64,000 nt of DNA, from NCBI GenBank assembly GCA_035193785.1, contig CP136572.1, positions 1,908,578 to 1,972,577 of the forward strand, read 5' to 3'. Positions 13,581-24,800 of the stretch are shown piece by piece. The translations under genes were made by a program, and so were the position numbers. This DNA is from Planktothrix sp. GU0601_MAG3 (GTDB lineage: Bacteria; Cyanobacteriota; Cyanobacteriia; Cyanobacteriales; Microcoleaceae). Every line of letters begins with the position of its first letter. Within the stretch, counting starts at the first letter, position 1. The notes beneath the pieces are model-generated. The model saw only the letters and a program-made list of their open reading frames with translations, searched no databases and had not been told where the DNA came from.

Positions 13581-15465
13581 TTAAGAACGATTTGCCAATT
13601 CTGATAATTGACTGGTTTCCGTGTCTAATTTCCATTGTCCAACAATATCTAAACTCCCATCTAAAAATTTAGTTCGACAAGTACGACGTTGAATTTTACC
13701 ACTGGTGGTTTTAGGAATAGTTGTGGTTTTCAATAATACTATCCCAAATATATCAACGGTATTCTGTTCGGCGACAGCTTGACGAATAGCATTAACCACT
13801 TCTTCAACATTCAAATTGCGTAAATAACGTCGTTCGATTTCTGATACAATAACTAACTGTTCTCCCAGTTCCGTCTCAATAGAAAACGCGGCATTATGTC
13901 CATTACGAATAGCCGGGTGACAGGTATCTAATGTAGCTTCAATTTCCTGGGGATAACGATTTCTTCCCCATAGAATCATCATATCTTTGATCCTTCCAGT
14001 AATATACAATTCCCCATCATCTAAAAATCCTAAATCTCCTGTGCGTAAATAGGGCCCCCGTCCGTCCACATAAACCTTAAATGTTGTTTCCGTGTCTTCG
14101 GTTTTATCCCAATATCCCAAACCTACACCTTTCCCCAATACTAATATTTCACCCACTTGATCCCCGTCTCGCCGCGTTAATTTTTCAGGATCAACAATTA
14201 TTACCTCATCCCCTAACCAGGGAAAGCCACAACTGACGAAAGAGCGAGCAGGGGGGGTAGAGGGGGCAGGGGGAGCAGGGGGGGCAGGGGAGGCAGGGGG
14301 AGTAGAGGAGGCAGGGGGAGCAGGGGAGGTAGGGGGAGGTAGGGGGGTTAGGGGATGTGGATCTGTTGCTTGTTTGGGGATAACTTGATTTTGTTCTAGG
14401 GCGACGGGATCAACCCAGATGACTTTGGGGGTTAAGTGTTTATGTCCACCGGAAATAAATAGGGTAGTTTCCGCCATACCATAGCAGGGATAAAACGCCT
14501 CCGGTTTGAAACCCACAGGGGCCAAAAATTTCCGCAAACCGTTTTAATGTGTCCCAACGCACGGGTTCGGCGCCGGAAAAGGCCACATCCCAGGAACTTA
14601 AATCTAACTTTTCTAGCTTTTCAGGCGTCGCCGTCCGACAAACTAAATCATAGGCAAAATTTGGCCCGCCGCTGGTGGTGGCTTGATATTCAGAAACCGC
14701 TTCTAACCAACGAAAGGGTTTTTGGACTAAAGAAATTGGCGACATTAATGTTACAGGAAATTGTCCATATAAGGGTTGAATTACCCCTCCAATTAATCCC
14801 ATATCGTGAAATAGGGGAAGCCAAATTAACCCTTTACTATTGTTATGATGTCCGAAGGCATTATAAATAATTGCCGAATTATGCAGAACATTTTGATGGG
14901 TAACAATTACACCTTTTGGAGTTCCCGTTGAACCAGATGTATATTGTAAAAAAGCAATTGTATCCCCATTAATTTGCGGTTCTTGCCAGTCTATAGCGAG
15001 GTTTTGAGTCAAAAGGTCATCGGTCGCCACCCAAGGTAGAGACGTGCCACGGCGCGTCTCCTCCTCCTCCACAAAAAATTGGGTTTTCAGATGTTCAATT
15101 AACGCTTTTGTACTTAAAATTGCCCGACATTGAGAAGATTCTAAACGGGTTTGTAGCTTAACAATTGCTTGGATAGATACCGGAGGGTTATCGGTAACGG
15201 CGATCACACCCGCATATAAACAGCCAAAAAACGCCGCAATAAATTCTAATCCCGCACTATAGGGATAAACGACTAAAACCCGATCACCTGGGGATAAAAA
15301 TGATTGTAAATAAGATGCAATTTGGACAGCTTGTTGATGTAACTGTAGATAGGTCAGGGTTTGCTGACTCGTTTCTCCGTCGGCTAAAAACCGATAAGCG
15401 AGTTGATCCGGTTTATGTTCAGCGCGATCGCGCAATAAATCGACTAAATTAGAAAAATTGCTCAT
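13581..15465 (-). CDS. Fatty acyl-AMP ligase (FAAL) 2 (~627 aa; +1 insertion at ~14510), with a Pro-rich insertion
   Basis: 'AFLQYTSGSTGTPKGV', 'WLPLFHDMGLIG', 'PCYGMAETTL', 'RTGDLGF' and 'PKTTSGKIQR'. Confidence 0.92.
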
Positions 15466-15515
15466 ACCTTAAGATACAGTCCTAAAGGACTCACTACGAT
15501 AGAAGTACAGTTTAA

Positions 15516-16760
15516 ATGAAAATTGCAATTATTTCCTCTGGTTTTTTCCCCGTTATTGATGGTGTTACTGTTAGCGCCATGATGCGACTACAAAGGTTAA
15601 GTCAGTGGGGACATGAGGTTTTATTTTTTTGTCCTGACTATAGCACCATTGAAACTGTTTATCCCAATTGGCGAGAATATAGCGGAAATATTTTACCAGG
15701 TGTGCGAGTTTTAAATTTACCCAGTACGCCATTTTTAGGATTAGATTTTGAACGAAATCCTTCTATTTCATCCTATTCTATTTTGTTAAAAGAACTAGAA
15801 AAATTTCAGCCCGATTTAGTTCATGTCGATGAACCAGAAAGGCTATTTTTTGGATTTTTTAGGCGGGCGGGAATAGACTATGCTAAAAAAGCCAATATTC
15901 CCTGTATTGCCTTTTTTAGAACTTGGTTTTTATCCTACGCTGAAGATTATATTCCCTTACCAAAATTTGCGGTAGAAATAATTAGAGAAATATTTAGAAG
16001 AATTTTTGCCTGGATTTATAACGGTTATGATCTCACCTTATTTACCAGCAAAATCACCTATCAACTCGCTCCCCAAATGGGAATTAATAATGCAATTTAC
16101 GAGAATTTAGCCGGATTTGATGCCCAACGCTTTGATCCTAATTTAAAGGAAGAACATTTTTTTAAAAAATATTATAACTTTCCCGAATTAGATGGGTTAA
16201 CTAAATTAATCTTTGTGGGTCGTTTAACTCCCGATAAAGGCTGGAATTTCACCTTGAAAACCATCGCAAAAGTTGCAGAAAAAATTGATTTAGAAAAAGT
16301 CGGTTTTATTATTATTGGAGATGGACAAATGCAGGACGAAATTATCGAGGGTTTAACAAAATTTACCCGTCATATCTATTTCCTTGGTCGAGTTGCTTAT
16401 GATCAGGTTCCGGCGGTTTATGCTAATAGTGATATTCATATTACCACCTCAGAACGGGAATCCAGAGGATTAACCGTATTAGAAGCTTTTGCTTCCGGTA
16501 TTCCCGTATTAGCTCCCCGGGCGGGGGGACTGGTAGAAAATATTCAAGATGGAGAAAATGGATTTTTATATACCCCGCAAGATTCCGAGGATTTCACTTA
16601 CAAACTCCAGCAATTAATTGATGATCCAATATTAAGAAAAACCCTAGGAAATCAAGGCATGAAATCCGTAGGTAATTATAGTTGGGATGTAGTAATTAAA
16701 AATTTAGTTGATATTTGGGAACAAAAACTTAAAGCAGCTAATCAAATCTCCTTTCATTAA
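15516..16760 (+). CDS. GT4-family glycosyltransferase (SqdX/MgdA-like lipid glycosyltransferase type)
   Basis: 'FFPVIDGVT', 'FVGRLTPDKG' and 'ESRGLTVLEAFASGIPV' GT-B motifs. Confidence 0.85.
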   Translation: MKIAIISSGFFPVIDGVTVSAMMRLQRLSQWGHEVLFFCPDYSTIETVYPNWREYSGNILPGVRVLNLPSTPFLGLDFERNPSISSYSILLKELEKFQPDLVHVDEPERLFFGFFRRAGIDYAKKANIPCIAFFRTWFLSYAEDYIPLPKFAVEIIREIFRRIFAWIYNGYDLTLFTSKITYQLAPQMGINNAIYENLAGFDAQRFDPNLKEEHFFKKYYNFPELDGLTKLIFVGRLTPDKGWNFTLKTIAKVAEKIDLEKVGFIIIGDGQMQDEIIEGLTKFTRHIYFLGRVAYDQVPAVYANSDIHITTSERESRGLTVLEAFASGIPVLAPRAGGLVENIQDGENGFLYTPQDSEDFTYKLQQLIDDPILRKTLGNQGMKSVGNYSWDVVIKNLVDIWEQKLKAANQISFH

Positions 16761-16879
16761 CCTAATTTCAAATATCTTCGTGCCTTCGTACCTTTGTGTT
16801 TCCTTCAAATCAGTTGCTTAATCTTGAAACAGATTGACAAATGCTCTTTACAATACTTAATATAAGCAGGCTATAACTG

Positions 16880-18203
16880 ATGAAACTGTGGGACAAAGAG
16901 CGTATGCCGACTTTTTTGCTGGTTTGGTTGGGACAAATTGTTTCGATGTTTGGTTTCCAGCTTAACCGAATTTGCCTTGGGGGTTTGGGTCTATCAAACC
17001 ACAGGTTCCATTACCCAGTTTGCCCTAATTTCTGTTTTTATTCATCTGCCAAATCTGTTGATTTCCCCCCTGGCAGGTGCGATTGTAGACCGTTCCAGTC
17101 GTCGCGGCGCGATGATTCTCAACGATATTATTGCGGCGGTGGGAACGTTAATTTTAATGGGGTTGGTGTTTTCCAACCGTTTAGAAGTTTGGCATATTTA
17201 CGTCGCTGTATCCGTTAGTTCCATTTCCGGTGCCTTCCAATGGCCCGCTTATATGGCCTCCATTCCCCAATTAGTTCCCCGCAATGACTTAAATCGTGCG
17301 AATGGTATGGTACAAGTTTCTCGGGCGATCGCTAAAATTTCTGGGCCAACGGTTGCCGGAATTTTAGTTAGTAGTATCGGCATTGGTTCGATTTTAATTA
17401 TTGATTCAGGAACCTTTGTTTTAGGGTTGATTACTTTATTAATTGTGCGTTTTCCCAAAATAGAACCTTCAAAATCTCAACAACAACCCCTAAACTTTAA
17501 ACGACTTTGGCAAGAAACCCTTTCCGCCTGGAATTATATTCTCATCCGTCCCGGTTTAAAAAAATTATTAGGCTTTTTTGCCATCACCTACTTTACCGAA
17601 GGAATGCTTGCTATTTTATTCTGGCCCGTGGTTTTGACCTTTGCCAGTAGTCAACAGTTAGGCTTAATTCTTTCAATTAGTGGTTGTGGAATGCTCCTGG
17701 GAAGCGTAGCGGTCAGTGTTTCAGGGGGCCCTAAAAACCGCATGAAAACAATTTTATGGTTAGTGGGTTTACAGGGTTTATGTCTGTGTTTGAGCGGGTT
17801 TAGACCTTCTATTTTTCTAGCTGGAATTGGAGGATTTGGTTATTTATTTGCCCGACCTTTTATTGTTAGTAGTAATCATACCATCTGGCAATCTAAAATC
17901 CCCTTTGAATTACAAGGACGCATCTTTTCCTTACAAAGTGTGGTCGAGCGATCGCTTTTAATTCTATCCCATTTAACCGTTGGCCCCCTAGCCGATCGAG
18001 TTTTAGAACCCATGATGAAACCCGGTGGACTATTAGCAGATAGTATTGGTCAAATTATTGGAGTCGGCGCGGGACGAGGAAGTGGGTTATTATTTATGTT
18101 AATAGGTATCCTCAATATTGTTGCCGCTTTAATTGCCTATCGGATGCCTCGTTTACGTCGAGTCGAAAAAGAAATTCCCGATGCGATCGCAGTCATCAGT
18201 TAA
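16880..18203 (+). CDS. MFS transporter, DHA3/macrolide-efflux-like (~440 aa; +1 insertion at ~16955)
   Basis: Repaired 'WLGQIVSMFGSSLTEFALGVWVY', 'PLAGAIVDR..RR' and about 12 hydrophobic segments. Confidence 0.88.
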
Positions 18204-18301
18204 CACTGTAGAGACGTGCCATGGCGCGTCTCTCTTGTAAATCTTTTAAATCTTTTAAATCTTTTAACAGGTCACTAAATACTATTAACAATTAACTAAT
18301 T

Positions 18302-19489
18302 ATGAAAATTCTGCAAATTATTCCTTCAATTTCCTTAGTATATGGTGGCCCCAGTCAAATGATCCGGGGTCTATCTACCGCCCTAGGAAAACTTGGCGTT
18401 GAGGTCACAATTTTAACCACTAATTCTAATGGAGATCGGGGACAACCGCCCCTAGATGTTCCCTTAGATATTCCCGTACAGGAAAATGGTTATCAGGTGC
18501 GCTATTTTCCCTGTTCTCCCTTTCGTCGTTATAAATTTTCTTTAGATTTATTAAACTGGCTAAACAAACACGCTTCCGAATATGATTTAGCCCATATTCA
18601 TGCTTTATTTTCTCCCGTAACTTCCCTGGCTGCCACCGTCGCCCGTTATCAAAAATTACCCTATATTTTACGGCCATTAGGAACCCTTGACCCCGCCGAT
18701 TTAAACAAGAAAAAACAGTTAAAAAAACTCTATGCCGCCTTATTAGAACGTCCCAATATTGCCGGGGCGGCAGCAATTCATTTTACCAGTCAAGAAGAAG
18801 CCAGAATATCTGAAAGATTTGGAGTAAAAACCAACGATTTAGTTATTCCTTTAGGAGTAACCTTACCCGAATTAACCCAAACTCCCCAAGCAATTTTATC
18901 CCATTTAGAAATCAAGCCCGATGTTCCGATTATTTTATTTTTATCTCGAATTGAACCAAAAAAAGGACTAGATATTTTAATTCCCGCTTTAGAAAAAGTC
19001 TTAAAAACCGGATTACAATTTCAGTTTATTTTAGCCGGATCTAATCCTCAAGATCCCGAATATGAAGCCAAAATCAAACAACAAATTCAACAATCTCCTT
19101 TAGGGGAAAAAACAATAATTCCCGGGTTTGTCACGGGAGAAATCAAAACAGCTTTATTAAAAATAGCCGATTTATTTGTCTTACCTTCCTATTATGAAAA
19201 TTTTGGCATTGCCGTCGCAGAAGCAATGGCCGTGGGAACTCCGGTAGTAATTTCTAAGGGAATTTATATTTGGGAAGATGTGGAACAAGCCCAAGGAGGT
19301 TGGGTCGGAAATGGCAATATTGATGAAATCTCAAGTTTAATTGAAACTGCATTAACCAACCCACAAGAAATTCAACGGCGAGGATTAAATGCTCAAAATT
19401 ATGCTTTAAATTATTATAGTTGGGATGCGATCGCTCAACAAATGATTCAAGCCTATCAAGGATTAATTTCAACCTCAAGGTCATTATAA
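18302..19489 (+). CDS. hpsP: GT4 glycosyltransferase, hormogonium polysaccharide HpsP-like
   Basis: N-terminus 'MKILQIIPSISLVYGGPSQM', recalled as HpsP-like, and 'PSYYENFGIAVAEAMA'. The symbol is from recall, not a search. Confidence 0.65.
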   Translation: MKILQIIPSISLVYGGPSQMIRGLSTALGKLGVEVTILTTNSNGDRGQPPLDVPLDIPVQENGYQVRYFPCSPFRRYKFSLDLLNWLNKHASEYDLAHIHALFSPVTSLAATVARYQKLPYILRPLGTLDPADLNKKKQLKKLYAALLERPNIAGAAAIHFTSQEEARISERFGVKTNDLVIPLGVTLPELTQTPQAILSHLEIKPDVPIILFLSRIEPKKGLDILIPALEKVLKTGLQFQFILAGSNPQDPEYEAKIKQQIQQSPLGEKTIIPGFVTGEIKTALLKIADLFVLPSYYENFGIAVAEAMAVGTPVVISKGIYIWEDVEQAQGGWVGNGNIDEISSLIETALTNPQEIQRRGLNAQNYALNYYSWDAIAQQMIQAYQGLISTSRSL

Positions 19490-19522
19490 AATTGCAGATT
19501 TTATCTAGGAAGGCTAATTTTT

Positions 19523-20366
19523 ATGTTTCTAACCTTTGCTATTTTAATCTCTTTTTTAGCAGGTGCATTCATCGGTAAGTCTTTAGCTAAAAAGGGTGTG
19601 ACTGCCGAAACAGCATTACAACAATATCAACGACAAGTTTATTGGATCAGTTTTGCTGCTTTGAGCATCGGTACATTGATCACAGTATTGATGATTGCAG
19701 GAAAAAAAAGCCCCTGGTTTCCCTCTTTTCTCCTACTTTACCCTGGAGCTTATTTCTGGATTTTTATTTTGCTAATTTGCTGTTTTTCCACAGGATTTCT
19801 GATCTTCCTAGAAAAATCTGGGTGGAGAGACAAAAAGAGATTACAGCAACTTATTCTTTTCCTAATTGTTAGCCTCTTTGCCATTGCCTTTTTACTCTAT
19901 CAAAACTTACCCATTACAGGTTTAATCCAACCTGCCCAAATCTCCCAGGGGGTTGTATTACAGACCACTCCCTACAGTTGTTCATCGGCTAGTATTGCCA
20001 CCCTTGCACGCCTGGTTAAACCCGAACTTCAAATAACAGAACTTGACGTGGTTAAGCTGGCAAAAACCAATCGACAAGGAACGAGTATTCTTGGAGAAAT
20101 TAAGGCTATGCAAAGACTGGGTTTAGCCCCACAATACGAACGTAATTTGAAGATTGAGGACTTGGTTTCCCGTCAACAACTGGCTATCCTGCACGTCATG
20201 GAAACCCATAGGAGGAATAAAAATCCAACACGCAATTGCTTTATTAGCAGTTGACCCAGAAAAACAAACCCTAACTGTGGCAAATCCGTTATATGGAAAA
20301 CAGGTTAAAACCTTCGACGAGATGCGGGACTACTGGATAGGAGAAGCTGTATTTGTCACCCCCTAA
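19523..20366 (+). CDS. Membrane-anchored peptidase C39-like protein (~280 aa; +1 insertion at ~20203)
   Basis: Four N-terminal TM segments, then 'LQTTPYSC' (Q...C), repaired 'IQHAIAL' (catalytic His) and 'VANPLYG...YWIG'. Confidence 0.75.
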
Positions 20367-20368
20367 AC

Positions 20369-21707
<1,339 letters not shown>

Positions 21708-21876
21708 TAACTTTAAGGGAAAAGCCTAATTTCCCGTAGGCTGAAAGGGCGTAACTTCGTTCAAATTCCCCTTAGTAATAAAAGAGGGTTATATCTAATA
21801 ACTCATCAAGTTATTACTTTTTTATTCCTAAGCACAATGTAGAAAACTCCAGCAAGATATTAACTAGACGGGGGCT

Positions 21877-24800
21877 TTAGAACAAACTCACGAAGTCATC
21901 TTGCGTGATTAAGGTAGGATTGACACCCTGTAAGCGCATCAAGATTTGACCATCCACTTGAATGACAGTGGTATTGCCTTCGGAAGTAAGATTCAACTGC
22001 TCAAAGGTGAAGGTTTCATCCAACAGCAGCAGATCTTCACCGTCTTGGAAGTCGGTAACAACGTCAGAAAACCGTTGCCTGCCATGAGGAAGAAGCGATC
22101 GCGACCCTTCCCACCCGTCAAGGTGTCATTGCCCTTATCGCCAAACAGCGTGTCATTCCCAAGGCCGCCAAACACCTGGTCATTATCTTGACCGCCATAG
22201 AGAATATCATCCCCATCATTGCCATTGACCTGATCATTGCCTTGGTTGCCATTAACCCAATCGTTGCCAATTCCCCCTGCCAAGGTGTCATTGTTTTTGT
22301 CGCCAAATAAAGTATCCTCACCCCCTTGACCATTGAGGAGGTCATCCCCTTGACCCCCATAGAGGAGATCATTACCATTGCCACCGTCTAAGACATCATT
22401 ACCCTGATTGGCAATTAAAGTATCATCCCCATCAACTCCTAGAATGGTATCATCCCCATCCAGCGCCAGAATCAAGTTGTCTTGGGCATTGCCCAGGATC
22501 AGATCTGGGGATGTTTTAGCAATAATAGATGTTGTTCCCAGGGTATCTAAATCAATCGTGGAGGACGGTGACCGTTCAGAACCATTAGGGGTTTGATTGG
22601 TTGTTGTCGGAGCGGGGAACGTTGGAATAGCAACACCTCCCCCTGGATTGGATGTGGGAGTTTCACCGGGAGTTGAGGGAGGGGTGATGATGCTTTCAGG
22701 GGTAATGCCAAAGGGTAAAGCATACTGTAAGCCAAAATTCTCAAAGAGTTCGTTAGTATTCCGAGGCAAAACATTGGCATCAAAATTGCGGTTGTAAATT
22801 TCCCCATAGTTGCCAACAGCCTTAATAATTTGGGCGGCAAAATCCTGGGGTAAGCCCAGCGTTCCACCCAAGTTATCGTCTACTCCCAAGAAGCGGCGAA
22901 TTGCCGGATCGGAACTGGTGGCAATTAACTCATCTACATTACTTTGAGTAATACCCAAGTCTTCAGCTTGAACCAAAGTTTGAATCACCCAGTTGACTAC
23001 ATCCGCCCAAGCCGATTGGTTTTCATCCATGACTAACGCGAGCGGATCTTTCGAGAAAACCTCATCTAACAAACGCTGATTGGAAGGATTCGAGAGGGTG
23101 GGAATGCGAGCGGTGATAATCGGTAAATCGGTAACAACAGCGTCAATTTCCCCTTGTTCATAACCTGCAAACAGGGCTTCATTCGTTGAGTAGGAAACGG
23201 GAACAAAGTTGCCGCCAACTTGAGCTAAGGCATCTTCCAGGTTTTGCTGAATCGTTGTGCCTGTAACAACCCCAATCTTGCGACCGTTGAGCATCGGCAG
23301 GGACGTCATGCCACTGTCAGCACGGACTAGCACGCCTTGACCTGTGTAGAAATAGGGTTTACTGTAGTCGATCCCTAGACTTGCATCCCGCCCTAAATTA
23401 TGGGTGACACCCATTGCCGACACATCCACCACACCGTTCGCCGCATTGGTAAAGCCATCGGTAAAGGTTTGGGTAACAAATTCAACTTGATTAGAATTGC
23501 CAAACAACGCAGCTGAGAGGGCTTTCGCTAAATCAACGTCAATTCCTGCCCATTCTCCATCGACCTGTTGAGCAAAACCGGGATTATTGCCCGTCACGCC
23601 AACTTTGACCGTTCCCCGTCCTAAGATCTCTGCCAAGAGATTGCGAGCATCATTTTCAATTAAGGGGGTTTCGTTAGCGACGGTTTCCTGAGAAGGGCAG
23701 AGAGTAGATTAAGCCTTCATTTGACCAGAGGTTATTACGATAGCGATCTAAGCCACTGAAATGACGTTCATAGATTTCGCCGTAGTTGCCAACGTTTTTG
23801 ATCGTGTTTACCACAAAGTCATTCGGTACGCCCAGTGCTGTCCCATTCTCGCCTTCTAATCCTAAGAAGCGACGGATAGCCGGATCGGTGCTATTAGCAA
23901 TGACCTGATCAACGTTGGTAGAGGTAATGCCATATTCTTCCGCTTGCATGGGCGTGTATGTTACCCAACGCACAACATCCGCCCACTCCGACTCATTTTC
24001 CGGTAACACCATTGCCAGTGGTTCTTGGGTAATTTCTTCATCGAGAATGCGATGGTTTGTGGGTTCGTCAAGGGTGGGAATGGTACTCTTTAAGCGAGAG
24101 CGATCGCCCGTGACAGCATCAATTTCTCCCCGTTCGTAGGCAGCATACATTTCTTCGGGATTCTCAAAGATTTTGCCTGTGAATTCAGTGCCCCGTTGCT
24201 GCATAAAGTTTTGCAGATTCTCCAAACCAAAGGCATTGCTAACGCCAATGGTTAAACCGTTTAAGTCTTCGACGCTATCAAGCTTTTGATCCGCTTTCAC
24301 TAAAATGGCACGGGTGTCATATAAATGCACCGGGCTGTAGTCGATATTTAAGCTAGCATCCCGGTACAGCAGCACCGTTGTATTGGTTGTTGCCACATCA
24401 ATCTGGCGGTTGGCAACATTTTCGAGAGTTTGGTTGGTTCCGTCTTGTGGCACAAATTCCACTTTGGATGGATCGCCAAATAACGCCGAGGCTAAAGCGC
24501 GACCCCAATCGATACTATAACCTTGCCATTGTCCGTTCGTTTGTTCAGAGAATCCTGGGAGATTCGGAAATACGCCAACTTTAATGTAACCCCGTTGTAA
24601 GATTTCTTCTAAGAAATTATAAGGCGTTGATTGCGGTTCGGCGTTGCGACCTTGGGGTTGAGCGCTTTGAGTGAGTCCTGCGGTTGATGTGGGAGACGGT
24701 GCTGCGGTTTCGGGAACTTCAATTGTTGCCACATCTTGAACCAGTTCCAGCACTTGGGATAAATCCGAGAAGGTATTGTAAATCTTGCCATCATTTTGAA

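Noticed and set aside
21993..23636. Stand-alone amino-acid ABC substrate-binding gene
   Set aside because: No signal peptide or permease genes, and it joins the upstream ORF in frame after removing one base at ~23685.
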